From contig CM075989.1 in the NCBI GenBank assembly GCA_038087875.1, positions 7,938,001-8,002,000 of the forward strand: DNA of 64,000 nucleotides, written 5' to 3'. Shown piece by piece: positions 25,292 to 38,060 of the stretch. Under the pieces are notes generated by a model. That model did not search any database, was not told the DNA's origin, and saw nothing but the letters and a program-made list of their open reading frames with translations. The stretch's first letter is position 1, and each line of letters starts with the position of its first letter. Source of the stretch: Malacoraja senta. Its lineage: Eukaryota. The translations under genes were made by a program, and so were the position numbers.

Positions 25292-27115
25292 CTAGTCGGT
25301 GTCGAGCAGGTCGCGGTGCTTCCAGGTGCTGACGAAGGCGGTGGGGATGAGCGAGTAGGGCACGGTGGTGATGCTGCTCCAGGTGTCCGAGGCCGGGTCG
25401 TAGCAGTCGAGGCTCTTGCAGCGCTGGGTGCCGAAGTAGCCGCCCACCACGTACAGCTTGTTGCCCGACGCCACGGCGTGGCAGCTCATGCGTTTGGCCG
25501 ACATGTCGCCCAGCCGGCTCCACTCGTTGGTGTCGCAGTCGAAGCGGTAGGCCGAGGCGGCCGTGAACTCCGTGTCGCCGCCCATGATGAAGATCTGGCT
25601 GCCCAGCACGGCGGCGGCCGCCGTATAGCGCCAGGCCTGGGGGCAGGCGGCCGCCACGGCCCAGCGGTCGTCGTCGGGATCGTAACGCTGGACGTTGGGG
25701 GCGCGCTCCCGTTCCCGCTCGTGCCCCCGCCGCGGGCCTGCGCCCCCAATGACGTACAGGCGGCGGCGCGCGCTCACCACCGCCGCGTTGCTGACGCCGT
25801 CGAGCAGCGGCGCCGCCATGTGCCAGGAGTCGGCCCGCGGCTCGTAGCGCTCGACGGACGGCGAGGCCGGGTGCCCGCCGCCCTCCCCCGTCGACACGGC
25901 CGACGTGTGGCCGCCCACCGCGTACAGCGAGCCCAGCAGCTCGGCCGAGCCGTGGCCGAAGCGCGCCAGCAGCATGGGCGCTGCCCGGGCCCAGACGCCC
26001 GCCGCCGTGTCGAACACCCACACGTCACGTGAGACGCCGGTCTCCGAGCCCCGCCCCCCGCTGACGTAGACCTTGGCCCCCAGCGCGCAGGCGCTGAACT
26101 CCTTCCGTGGGCTGGGCAGCGCGGCCCTGGGCACGATGCGGCGGGCGCGCCGCTCCAGCTCGTAGATCTTGTCGCACATGAAGGTGCGGCCACCCAGGAT
26201 CAGCAGTGTGTGTCCGGCCCTGCGAGGCCGGGCGCAGGGGCTGCAAGCCGCCTCCTTGTGAGACGCCGACGTTGGCAGCAGCTGGCAGCGCCGGGCCTCG
26301 GCCACCAGCCGCAAGCTCCTCTCGTCCGCCGCCACCAGCCCGTCACGGGCCACGGCCCGCTCCAGGTAGCCGGAAGGCAGCAGGCCCAGCCGGACGTGAC
26401 TCAGCAAGCGGGGCAGGCAGTGGCGGCGGGCGGTGGCGTCGTGTCGCACCCACCTCATGAGGGCGCGGTGAACCAGCCGCTCGTCGTCCGCCTCCAGTTC
26501 GTCGCAGGCCAGCAGCTCGCCCAGCTTGGCCTCGGGCAGGCCGCAGAAGTCGTCATCGTCTCCGTCCAGCCCGCCTTCGGCATACGTCTCAAAGTGGGCC
26601 AGACACATGCCCCAGGCCTGCTGGTAGAGGCGGCGGCACTGGTGCGCGTCCGCCAGCAGCATGAGGCGCAGGCAGTTGTCGGCGCCCAGGCTCCGCTCCA
26701 AGAAGTCGGCGGCCGCCTGGCGCACGTCGTGAAGCTGCAACATGTCGCCGGCCTGCAGCAGCGACTCGGCGTTCTCGCCACTCAGTGCCAGCCGCGACGT
26801 GTACGCGTACTCCAGCAGCTGCTCCAGCGCCTCGGGCTGCACACTCTCGCCGAAGTCCACCTCGCCCGCCCTGCTCTCCCGCAGCCCGCTGCTGAACATG
26901 GCCTCGAAGTAGCGGCTGCAGGCGGCCAGCACGGCCCGGTGGCACGGGAAGGAGCGGCTGCCCGCCCGCAGGGTCACGTCGGTGAAGAGGCTCTGTCTGC
27001 GCAGGTTGTCCAGCTGGCTGAGGACGCTCTCCGGGTGCGAGGCTTTTTGGAACAGCGACGTGTTGGTCGTGTCCTGGCTGCGGGACTTGCCGTTCTCATG
27101 CTCGCTCACCGACAT
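25292..27115 (-). CDS. KLHL25: Kelch-like protein 25 (ENC2), BTB-BACK-Kelch, single coding exon, 607 aa
   Basis: Intact ORF with BTB (FTDVTL...FPCHRAVLAACSRYFEAMF), BACK and Kelch repeats, ending ...VPYSLIPTAFVSTWKH, typical of the ENC1/KLHL25 family. Residues KASHP, HDVR, HQCRRLY, AGHTLLILGG, EFTAASAYRFDC and GTQRCK match KLHL25 rather than ENC1 as I recall those sequences. Minus-strand acceptor (cttttgccctacAG) puts the exon start at 27149; donor (cag|GTgggt) ends it at 25278. Confidence 0.93.
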   Translation of the reverse strand: MSVSEHENGKSRSQDTTNTSLFQKASHPESVLSQLDNLRRQSLFTDVTLRAGSRSFPCHRAVLAACSRYFEAMFSSGLRESRAGEVDFGESVQPEALEQLLEYAYTSRLALSGENAESLLQAGDMLQLHDVRQAAADFLERSLGADNCLRLMLLADAHQCRRLYQQAWGMCLAHFETYAEGGLDGDDDDFCGLPEAKLGELLACDELEADDERLVHRALMRWVRHDATARRHCLPRLLSHVRLGLLPSGYLERAVARDGLVAADERSLRLVAEARRCQLLPTSASHKEAACSPCARPRRAGHTLLILGGRTFMCDKIYELERRARRIVPRAALPSPRKEFSACALGAKVYVSGGRGSETGVSRDVWVFDTAAGVWARAAPMLLARFGHGSAELLGSLYAVGGHTSAVSTGEGGGHPASPSVERYEPRADSWHMAAPLLDGVSNAAVVSARRRLYVIGGAGPRRGHERERERAPNVQRYDPDDDRWAVAAACPQAWRYTAAAAVLGSQIFIMGGDTEFTAASAYRFDCDTNEWSRLGDMSAKRMSCHAVASGNKLYVVGGYFGTQRCKSLDCYDPASDTWSSITTVPYSLIPTAFVSTWKHRDLLDTD

Positions 27116-27933
27116 GGTCGCACTTCACACAATGGCGCACAGGATCACACTGTAGGGCAAAAGACAAGGCTTTCAGATTTGGTTCTATTGATTGCCCAGA
27201 AACATCCAGCATAATCTTACAAGATTAGAGTACAGAACACTTGCTAAAGAGCCGAGAAAGCAAAACTCAATTATTTTAGAGTAAACTGCTGGAGTTTGCG
27301 GATTAGGCCGCGCATGTGGATAACATGGATAGGGGACATTTCAGGTCAGAATCCTTCTTTAGACTCAGTTTGCATGACCCACGCCTACTCGAGCACTGTG
27401 TATTGCTCAAGATTTCTACGAGTGCAGATCCTTGTGTCTTCCTTGTTTCGAATCACTTAAACAATTGACTAGGAATGTCCACTATTGATATAAATGCTTG
27501 GAATGGTTACCAAATTAACTAATCCAATGTTTTAAATTTTATTAGCACCTTATGTATCCTGGTATTGGAATCAAAAGTTAAATTGCACTTTCATGGGCAC
27601 AGTCAAAGCAACAGTGAAAAGCCACTTAACTCGTTTTAACACCTTTGTCAACACATGGAAAGAATATAGTGAAGATTGATAGACATATGTATTTGAATTA
27701 ATTGAAAGATGCAGCACAACTCTTGTGGATCCCTTTGATGGGGAGATCAGTACCCATGATGGATTGGGCAGTGTTCACTTTTTGTAACCTCCTTCGTTCC
27801 TGGGCGTTCGCGTTGTCGAACCAGGCCGTGATGCAAACGGTCAACATGCTCTCTACTCTGCATCTGTTGTAGTTCAAGTGGGTATTTGTTGGCATACAGA
27901 AACTCCTCAATACTCTACAGAAGTCAAGGCATA

Positions 27934-29742
27934 TGTCATGGTAACTGACGATGACTCACGTGTTACTATGAGTCAGAAAGGTCAGAGGACACGTGTTGCC
28001 AGGATGCAAAGGAATGGCGGAATAAAACAAAGCGTTTACGTTCAGTGTCCTTGAAGTGTGTTTATTATGTTTGGATCAAGGTGAAAGATCTGACATTGGT
28101 GACGAGGATGAACTAGCAATTGTTTAGTTCAGCTTTTGAAGCAGATAAGGCGTTTAATCGAAGCAGCTGAAATTAGAAGTTTGAATTCATTCGACCCGAG
28201 TGGTGAGGCGAGTGTTGTGAGTGCCATGTGGACGGCATGCTAGAGGAATTGGATTGTTTGTTGAAGGAGCAATGCTGGTGCAGCTCATACGATTGAGAGC
28301 ATTGTTATTGTACACTGCTGGAGCTTCAGTTCGGGAGACTTTCAAAACACTCCCAGAGTCAGGAGGCATAGCAGATTATGTGATGGCTGTTGCAACCAAA
28401 TGCTACGTATGTCGGCAGACGACAGCGAGAGGGGGAAGGCATTGCTCAGTTTGTCAAAATATTGTCGAGTTTCTGACGACTGCAACTATGGAGCTGAACT
28501 GGAGAATAAAATGGCTTGAGACGCAAGTTGTTGGATAAAGGTGACACACTATCATTAGGGGAAGCACTGACAATTGCTGCTTCCTTTGAAGCCATGGAAT
28601 CCCAGTATCAGAGATTGGATGGAGGAAGACAAGATGGCATCTATTGGCACTAGCAAGGGACATGGTAAGGATCATTCCAAAGCTGAAGATGTGAGTGTTT
28701 TAGATTGGGAGTTTTAGACGTTTTGCCAAGGATTCATGCTGCCCTGCCAGGAGTCAAACGTGTAGAAAGTGCGGGGAAAAAATACATTTTTGCAAAGATG
28801 TGTCGAGCCCCAGGCAAACAAAAGAGAGATGATGGAAAAACAAATAGATTTGGAGGAAGAGACAGTACTATCAAAATTTATGCCTTGTTGATGATTATTC
28901 GAGTGAATGTAAACGTGACGAAACACGGATATATGCACGATATGCTTTTGCTATCAATATTTAGCACGCAATGGTGCCGGTGAGAATCGGAGGTGTGGAA
29001 GTAGACATTGTAGTAGACTCCGGAAGTGATAGCAATGTTATTGATAGAGCATTGTGGGAAGACTTTTTTTTAATGCACGTCAAGGACGTGCGAGAAGGAA
29101 TTGTATCCTTATGCATCATCGAAACCACTCCAGATGGTTGGATGTTTCAAGGCAGAGGTCCAAGCAGGTGATAAGCAGACTATGGCTGAATTTGTAGTTA
29201 TCGAGGAGAAAGGAGAGCCACTCATGAGTAGAGAGATTGCTCAAGCATTAGGTGTGCCACACATTGGGATAGGTATGAACTCACTGAAGTCGTATGCAGA
29301 CTTAAAGGAGAGTTTCAAGCCAGTATTTGAAGGCATTGGAAAATTGGGATCGTCAATTCAAACTCAAGATAGACTCAAGTATTAAGCCAGTAGCACAACC
29401 AATGAGAAGAACTCCATTTGGATTAAGAGAGAAGGTTGAAGCTAAGATCCAAGAGCTCCTTAAACAGGATAGTTTGGTAGTGGCCAGACCAAAGCGTCAG
29501 AGAAGACCACCCAAGAGATATAAGGACTACTAGATGCATTGACATGTGGAAATGATGTGTTATCGATGTAACAAATGCCATATCCTAAATGGTGTTGGAA
29601 TGTTCCGTTTACAATATGGTGATGTGGATATCCATTTTATTTGATAATGGAGGGATTTCATGGTAACTGATGTTGTATTTAAATGTATCACGTGTCACTA
29701 TGAACCAGAATGGTCAGAGGACATATGTTGCCAAGATGTAAA
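27934..29742 (+). mobile_element. Gypsy/Ty3 LTR retrotransposon remnant, internally deleted
   Basis: 5' LTR TGT...ACA at 27934-28095; PBS TGGTGACGAGGATG; broken CCHC knuckle near 28760-28805; protease VVDSGSDSNVID; RT-proximal KPVAQPMRRTPFGLREKVE joined directly to an integrase-like tail RPKRQRRPPKRYKDY; PPT; truncated 3' LTR from 29656. Confidence 0.88.
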
Positions 29743-29744
29743 CT

Positions 29745-30950
29745 GTTCCTTAAACAAGCTGTGATGTATCCTGATAAAATGCTTTCTAGGTGCATCTGTT
29801 TCTAGGTGAGAGTTGTAGGGGACATTCCAAACTTCTTAACCCTACTAAGGAAGTAGTGGCATTGGTGTGCTTTCTTGGTCGTTGCTTCAATATGGGTGGT
29901 CCAGGAGAAGTTACATTTGCACCGTCAATGCAAACTGGAGTATGTGTACCACAATGGTGGTGTCGTCTGCGAATTTGAAAATTGAATTAGATTTGTACAT
30001 GACTGCACAGTCGTGGGCATATGATGAGTAAAGAAGGGGGCTGAGTATGCATCCTTGTGGAGCACCTGTGTTGAGGATTATCCACGCAGCCTGGAGGCAC
30101 TCCCTTGCTGATGGTCATCAAGGAGAGAAGTGCTGCTGTCAATTCGTACAGACTGAGATCTGTCTACGTTTCGGCACGAAACGTTGCCTATTTCCTTTGC
30201 TCCATAGATGCTGCCGCACCCGCTGAGTTTCTCCAGCAATCTTGTCTACCTTCGTACAGACTGAGATCTGTTGATAAGGAAGTCGAGGATCCAGTTGCAG
30301 TGGGATGCGCAGGGTCTCAATTCTGTGAGTTGTTAACCAGCTTGGGGGGATGATGGTGGTGAACGCCGAGCTATTGTCTGCGAACAACAGCCTGATGCAT
30401 GTTTTTATTGTCCAAGTGGTCCAGTGCAGAATGGAGAGCCAGTGAGATCACATCCTCTGATGACCTGTTGTGGCGGTAGGCAAATTGTAGCAGGTCCAGG
30501 TTTTTGTTGAGAGGATATGTGCCATAACCAACTTCTCAAAGGACTTTATCGCTACGGATGTTTAAGAAGGAACTGCAGATGCTGGAAAATCGAAGGTAGA
30601 CATAAATGCTGGAGAAACTCAGCGGGTGAGGCAGCATCTATGGAGTGAAGGAAATAGGCAACGTTTCGGGCCGAAACCCTTCTTCAGACTGATGTGAGGG
30701 TGGGTACAGATGTTAGTCCCACTGGTCGGTAGTCATTGAGGCACGTCACCTTAGTCATCGGGCACCAATATTATTGATACCCATTTAAAGCAGGTGGGAA
30801 CCTCACATCTCAGTAATGAGAGGTTGAGGTTGTCCACAAAAACTTGGACTGCATAGGTTTTAAGAATACGGTCCAGGTGCTTTTCAAGGGTTCACCCTCC
30901 TGAAAAATCTTCTGGCATCAGCCTCTGTGATTGAGATTATTATACTATCA
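29745..30950 (-). mobile_element. Rex1/Babar-like LINE fragment with nested Penelope-derived inserts
   Basis: RT-region remnants (FADNSSAFTTIIP; gctccacaaggatgcatactcagcccc on minus). A related 3' part lies at 27700-27933 on the other side of the Gypsy element. Confidence 0.75.
30657..30690 (-). ncRNA. minimal hammerhead ribozyme-like motif (Penelope-associated)
   Basis: Reverse complement reads agt-CTGAAGA-a-GGGT(TTCG)GCCC-GAAA-CGTT-gcc. Confidence 0.6.
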
Positions 30951-33900
30951 GAGGTGATAAATAGTTATAGGGGAAGGTAGGATTGGCCCGCAAATCAAGA
31001 TCCAAAATTAGGGCAAGGCCAATTTTGAAATCATTATGAGGATGCTTGCGCATGTCGACTGGATGAGGCTGCACCTAAAGAGACTTCTGGCATGTAGGAG
31101 GCTTTTAAAAGTACAATAGCAAGAGTTCAGGGACAGCATGTTACTGAAGGTGAAAGGCAAGGTTGACATGCTTGGGTAAACGTGGTTGACGAGAGATTTT
31201 GAGTCTGGTCACAAATAAAGGAGACATTCGTCAGTTTTAGGCCCTTGACTAAGTGAATTGCTTGAGTATAAGAAGTGTAGAAGTATGCTTTTGAAGGGAT
31301 ATCAGAAGGTCAAAAAGGGGATGATTTGGATCTGTCATGGCCCTGCAGACATATCGCCATGTTGGATATCGCCAGGTACAGGACATCAACTATGCCATCT
31401 TTTCATTTTGTAGAAAATGTCCCCCAATAAATCAATAAAAATGTAATGATTCTTATACAGTAAAATACCACAGTTTGCAGCAGCAATGTATAAAAGTGGA
31501 TTATTTTATAGTTAATTTGTTAAAACAAGAATATTATCTAGGACTCAAAAAAGACATTGCACTGCATGTAATACATGCTGGCATTCATTGCTTGTACATG
31601 GTTGTTCAAGAAATTGGTAGGTCTTGAACTAGAGTTGTTTGTTTGATAATGATACCAATACAGTGGCTAGAAGAGCTGTGTCTCAACTCCAGCGACCCGG
31701 GTTCAATCCTGAACTCCAGTGCTGTCTATGTGGAGTTTGCACTTTCTTTCTGTGAATTCTTGGGTTTCCCACTGATGTTCTGGTTACACCTCAAAGATGT
31801 GCAATAGGTTAACAGCAGGTTAATTGGCCTCAGTGTAGTTGGATGGGAGGGAGTTGAGAGGAATATTTCACAGGGAAAAATCACTTCTGTGAGTAGGTAT
31901 AGATTCAATGAGCCTAAACAGACTTTTTACGTTATGGAAGTATGAAAGTGTGCAGTGAATCCAGGCAAACTCATCGCTAAAGAGCTGTGACAGATACAAG
32001 TTGTCATTTGAATAATATGTTTTGGCTTTGAGGCAATATTTCTGGCATAGGTTTATAGTGAGAGGGAGGTTTAAAGCCAATCTAAGATGCAAGCTTTTCA
32101 CACAAAAACTAGTTGGTACCTGGAATGAGTTGTCAGAGGAAGTGGTAGAGCGGGAACAAGAACAACATTTAAGAGGCATCAGGTCAGGTACTTGATTGAA
32201 CAAGGCATAGAGAGACATGGAATTAATGCAGGCAAATGGGATTTATATAATAAGCATGAAAGCTGGCATCGATATGCTGGGCTGAAGGGATTTTCTAAGC
32301 TGTACAATTCCATGACTTTAGATCGCAGGTATTTTTGGGTTTTTTTCAGGCTGAGAATTTGTCTAATCTTGATAAGTTCCAAATGTATTCTTTTTTGTTG
32401 GATGCTCAACACCCAGGATTGGGATCTCTCAGATGTGGCTTCACCAGTTTCAAAGAACATCTTGCAAAGTTCGGAGCCTTAGCACATATAAAATCAAAAA
32501 TAACTCAGCATCTAACAGAGTAAATATTTTGTTCAAAACCAAAGATAGAAATATTTTGTAAATGCTCATTTTATCCGTCACATAACAAGGTAAATACTAT
32601 TTTCTTCAGTATTTAAGTACATAATCACTACCCAGCACTTTCTACCTGGAAAAGCAGATGTCAGAACCTGGGTTTAATCAATGCAAAGGCATAGAGCCAG
32701 AATTTAATTATCTGAAGCATGCAGGATGAAGTACTGGTACTTAAGTTGTAAGTGGCAGAGGGATGTAATCTAACAATGTTTATAATGACAAAACATAAAA
32801 CATGAAGCAATAAAAGGAAGTAAAGAAATTCCCCACTGTAAAAAAAAAGATAGATATCAGTTGTAGGATGCACGGCTTCCACCTGTGGTTCCACTTCACA
32901 GAGCAAGCAGACAATCTTATCGTTCTCCAATTACAAAGTATGAAATATTTACAGTATATAAAGACTTCTAGGACATTGAATGACCTGAAGATAGGCAATT
33001 GATGCACACAGCTGTGTTGTGTCTGGACGGAACAGGTTTGATAACACACATTGAGCCAGATGGTACTGAACAATTCCATGGAGAACTGCCAGCTATCTAC
33101 AGCGTTTTGGTGAATTTAGTCCTGACTTCCACACCTTGCTCATTTCAATTGCCCATTGGAGTCCATGGATGGATCACAAAATATCATGATCTAAGAGACC
33201 AAATGTTCCTCACATCTATCCCCGGCTTTTTGCCAAAAATAGCCCCTGTGTACATAATGCAATCCTAAAAGTGTTAAGGGTCACCTATCTTGACTAGTTT
33301 ATACAGACAAGCAATGCTTAAAGTGGGGGGAAAAACTGCAATATTTTTAATTTCCAGGAGTTAACGTGTTGTCTTTTTTTGTCAACTGTAAACTAATAAT
33401 GCAGATTGCCAGAAACTCTGACCTAAGCTTACACCCATAAAATCTGACAGATTTAAGGTCAACCAAAGGAATTCTTGTTTTGTTAATCTCAGGAAAAAGC
33501 AAAGGACAATCTTGGCCATATTGGGAACTCTTGCTCAACTTATTTATTCCAGAATTGTGACTTCCCCACATTGAAGACTCGCAGACTATCTTTAATTGGA
33601 CTTTATCTTGCACTAAACGTTATTCCCTGTATCTTGTATCAATCTGTACACTGTGGACGGCTTGATTGTAATCATGTATAGTCTTTTCACTGACTGGATA
33701 GCACACAAGAAAGCTTTTCACTGTACCTCAGTACACGTGACAATAATAAAATAGACTCATGCACAGCATCCATTTCTTCTTTTCTTGCCTTGCAGATGTT
33801 TACAACTGCCACCCTACCTTCAGAACTATCATCAAGAATTCAGTCCAGACAAATGGTTAAGTATTTGTTCCAGTACCAGCTTGTTACTAAAGTGATAGGA

Positions 33901-34454
33901 GGTAGAGTGTCAAGTTAAAACACCAGTACAAGCACTGTTTTTTTCATTTGTGCCACTGCCACAGAAATATTAAATACAGGGAAGGTTTATGACAATAGAT
34001 CTATGGTATAATCAAAACAAGTCAAATCAGCAGTAACTATTTATTTACCAGCTCTGGCATCTTACAGACATTTATGGCATAGAAAGCTGGTGTACAGGCA
34101 TTGAGGAATTCCTGTGCAAAAATTGTAATTAAGATTATTCCGCATCACCTCTTGTTTCGTAGCCTTGGAGAGAATGACTAAAACTGCTCATGCAGGTACT
34201 TTAAAAATGTGATTCAGGTTTATGTCTCGGGTAGTAAAGTCCTGAACCCTGCCTCTCACAGGGTGGAAAAAATGTTGCAATGTTCTCATGTAGACTACTG
34301 ACGCTCTTTGATGACTTTAGCCAAGCACCCACTCATTTTTCAAGGCATAACTGAGGCACTAATGTAAATTTGCCAGCCACTATAAGAGGATCTGATTTTA
34401 GGTTTACATTTCCTCATGTTATCTTGTCCCAGAGGGAACAGAATAGATTCCATA

Positions 34455-34735
34455 GATATATAGAAAATAGGTGCAGGAGTAGGCCATTCGGCCCTTTGAG
34501 TTAGCACCACCATTCAATGTGATCATGGCTCATCATCAGTACCCTGTTCCTGCCTTCTCCCCATATCCCTTGATTCCGCTAGCCCTAAGAGCTCTATCTA
34601 ACTCTTTTTAATGCATCCAGTGAATCGGCCTCCACTGCCTTCTGAGGCAGAGAATTCCACAAATGTACAACTCTCTGGGAGATTTTTCCTCATCTCAGTT
34701 CTAAATGTCCTACCCCTTATTCTTAAACTGGCCTC
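34455..34735 (-). mobile_element. CR1 3' end
   Basis: tagaaaataggtgcaggagtaggccattcggccc..., matching the 3' UTR of the CR1 at 42261. Confidence 0.85.
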
Positions 34736-34791
34736 CCCCTGGCTCTGCTAATCTGTTGATCTCAATTAAAAGAATTTAAAAAAATATTGGA

Positions 34792-35392
34792 TAAGAAGGA
34801 ACTACAGATGCTGGTTTAAACCAAAGATAGACACTAAAAGCTGGGACAGACAGCTCCGCTCTATAATCTTTGGGCAGCATCTCTGGAGAGAAGGAATGGG
34901 TGACGTTTCAGGTCAAGACCCTTCCTCAGACTGGTTAAGGGATAAGGGAAACGAGAGATATAGAAGGTATTGTGGAGAGATAAAGAACAATGAATGAAAG
35001 ATATGCAAAAAAGTAATGATGATAAAGGAAACAGGCCATTGTTTGCTGATTGTAGGGTGAAAATGAGAAGCTGGTTTGACGGGTGAGGGAGGGATAGCGA
35101 GAGGGAATGCCGGGGCTACCTAAAGTGAGAGAAATCAATGTTCATACCACCGGTCTGTAAGCTGCCCAAGCGAAATATGAGATGTTGCTGTTGCTCCAAT
35201 TTGCATTTAGCCTCACTCTGACAATGGAGGAGACCTAGGACAGAAAGGTCTGTGTGGGAATGGGAAGGAGAATTAAAGTGTCCAGCAACAAGAAGATCAG
35301 GTTGGTTCAGGCGAAGGTGTTCTGCGAAACAATCGCCCAGTCTGCGTTTGGTCTCGCCGATATATAAGAGTCCACATCTTGAACAATAGATG
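34792..35392 (-). mobile_element. Penelope-like element 3' end
   Basis: Same GIY-YIG nucleotide region and terminal repeat as the copies at 18726 and 21367. Confidence 0.85.
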
Positions 35393-37664
35393 TATCAACC
35401 CTCTTTTCCCAGTGAAGCTGGAACATCTAAACAAAGTATATGTGATTCCTGGACCCTATGAAATAGCACAGCATCTAGTGGGTGCTTTCCCCTTTGTTTA
35501 TGCACAGAGAGAAACTCACATAACCAATTTCCTTCACCGTGATCATGGAGTTATACATTAAATATTGATAATGCACAGAACTAGTTCTGACACATTGTAA
35601 ACTGGATATTTACAGGTCTCAAACATCCAGGATTTGGGAATATTTTACACCAACTGACATGAATATACATACTCATGTATGATATGATTTGTAGGATGGA
35701 ACGGGAGATGCTGGTTTATACCAAAGATAGACAAAATGCTGGAGAAACTCAGTGGGTCAGGCAGTACCTCTGGAGAAAAGGAATAGCTCACATTTCAGGT
35801 CTTAAGAAAGGTTTCCGAAACGAAACGACATCCATTCCTTTTCTCCAGAGATGCTGCCTGACCCGTTGAGTTACTCCAGTATTTGGGGTCTATCTATAGT
35901 AAGATTTGACGGGATAGTATGCAAACAGCTTTCCACTGTATCTCGGTACACGTGACAATAATAAACCGATACTAATAAATATAAAGAGTTTTCAAGTACA
36001 AGCTCTGAAATAAATGTATTACTATTAAACTGATGCATCAGAATAGAAATTCTACGCAAATGAGTTAAAAGTTGAGTCTGAAGAAGGTTTGCGACTCTAA
36101 ACATCGCCTCTCCATGTTCAGGGATGGTTCTCTGGATGCTTTCAAGAGAGAGCTGGACAGAGCTCTTAAAGATAGCGGAGTCAAGGGATATGGGGAGAAG
36201 GCAGGAGCACAGTACTGATTGTGGATGATCAGCCATGATCACATTGAATCGCGGTGCAGGCTCGAGGGGCCGAATGACCCCTATGGTCCATTGTCTTCCG
36301 TCTTCCCTCAGGAGAACAAGGTACCAATCAACGATGCAGGATAGAGTTGCAGGTGCTGGTTTAAATCGAAGGTAGACACAAAATGCGGGACAGATGGCAT
36401 CTCCCGCTGCCTGTCTTGCTGAGTTACTCCAGCATTTTGTGTCTGCCAATCAATGATGTTTGGGTTAGTGTGACTGAACTCAATATCTTGGCCTCGCCTA
36501 TACTTGTGTTCACACAGAATAACCTTCAGCAACAAAGTGTGTCCAAGTGTAATCAGAACTAGAATATATAGGTTCAAGGCGAAAGAGGAAAGATGTAATA
36601 GGAACCTGAGGGCCAACTTGAGGTTGGCACTGAGGGTAGAATGAGCTTTCAGACAAAGGTGTGGCAGGTATTATAACAATATTTAAAAGACATTTGCACT
36701 AGTAAGATTTAGAGGGCCAAACGCAAGGGACTAGCTTGGACGTATTAGTCAACATAGACATGTAGGCCTTAGCTCCTGCTTCCATGATGTATGTCTCTAT
36801 GATAAAGCAAGCCTGAGATGCCATATGACATTGCCCTTCTAACTTTTGTCAATCCTGTTCTCATACTTCTTCATTCACTATCCAATCACGAGTACCTAAC
36901 CTGGTAACAATTTATCTTTCAACCACCAGTCTAAAATTGGTTTCTGCCCGAGGACAATTTTTCACACTCTGTTCTAAACCCTTCACTTATAATGGTTGCA
37001 CATTCTTGACCTAACTTTATTAGTCTGTTATGATCAACCATCCTGTATTAATATGTAAAATGCTCTTTGCAAGAATTAAAGATACAACATAAGAGAACTT
37101 TTGAATCAGCCATGCAAGTACTACAAAGGTAATAGAAAATATTGTCAAAACTTATGTTTCGTAAATTGACCATTAGTGCACAGACCATCAAAAGGTGATG
37201 TCTGGGATGTTTCTGCGCCATTTGATTCATTGATTTTGACATTATTCATTGATAGGCTCACATGGAGAAGACTTATTTTAAATTGTTCCAGCAGTAAACA
37301 TTCATGCTCAGAGCCACAGAACATTGTAGTGCTGGATATAGGCCAGTGAAAGAGTTGGCCTCGGGCTATGACTACACTTAGTGAAACATACTACTGGAGT
37401 AAAGCTCATTGGAAGTGACCCATTTTATCAAGACAAAGCTCCTTTGTGTTTGCAACCTCTTTAGTTGGAAACATTACCAAGATACTGGAGAGTAAATGTA
37501 CCCTCTGTACCTATTCCAATGCAGCCTTGATAACCATTAATGTAATGCGAGATGCTCGCTGCAGAGAGCTGACCTAATGTGCACCATAAATTCACCCTAC
37601 CCATTAGTTCAGTTGTGGCATCCTTAATCAGATGAATGAGCCAAAAAACAACTTGCATTTATAT

Positions 37665-38060
37665 TGTGTAGGAAGGAACTTCAGATGCTGACTTATACTG
37701 AAGATAGACACAAATTGCTGGAGCAACTCAGTGGGTCAGGCAGCATCTCTAGAGTAAAGGAACAGGTAACGTTTTGGGTCATAATCCTTCTTCTGACTAT
37801 GTCGGGATGGGGGGTGGGGGGGGAACAGGAGGTAGGAAAAGGCCAGAACAAATCAGGGCTGGCAGCAGAACATAAGAAGGGTGGAACCCATAATGGGCCA
37901 TTTTTGGCTTGATGACAAAGGGAGACAGGGATGCAAACAGTGGAACTGGTAGGACGACTAATGTGTGTGTGTGGGTGGGAGGGGGTCACGAGAGGGAATG
38001 CAGGAGTTATTTGAAATGAGCGAAATCAATGTTCATAACTCTGGGTCGGAAGCTGACCCT
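37665..38060 (-). mobile_element. Penelope-like terminal fragment
   Basis: Terminal repeat plus the end of the GIY-YIG coding region (aatcaatgttcata). Confidence 0.75.

Noticed and set aside
25257..27214. Long overlapping and antisense ORFs (238-334 aa) over KLHL25
   Set aside because: Expected by-product of extreme GC content; low-complexity R/G/A/P translations with no recognisable domain.
33796..33855. 60-nt plus-strand exon-like segment with good acceptor
   Set aside because: Weak donor and no recognisable peptide; cannot be supported.
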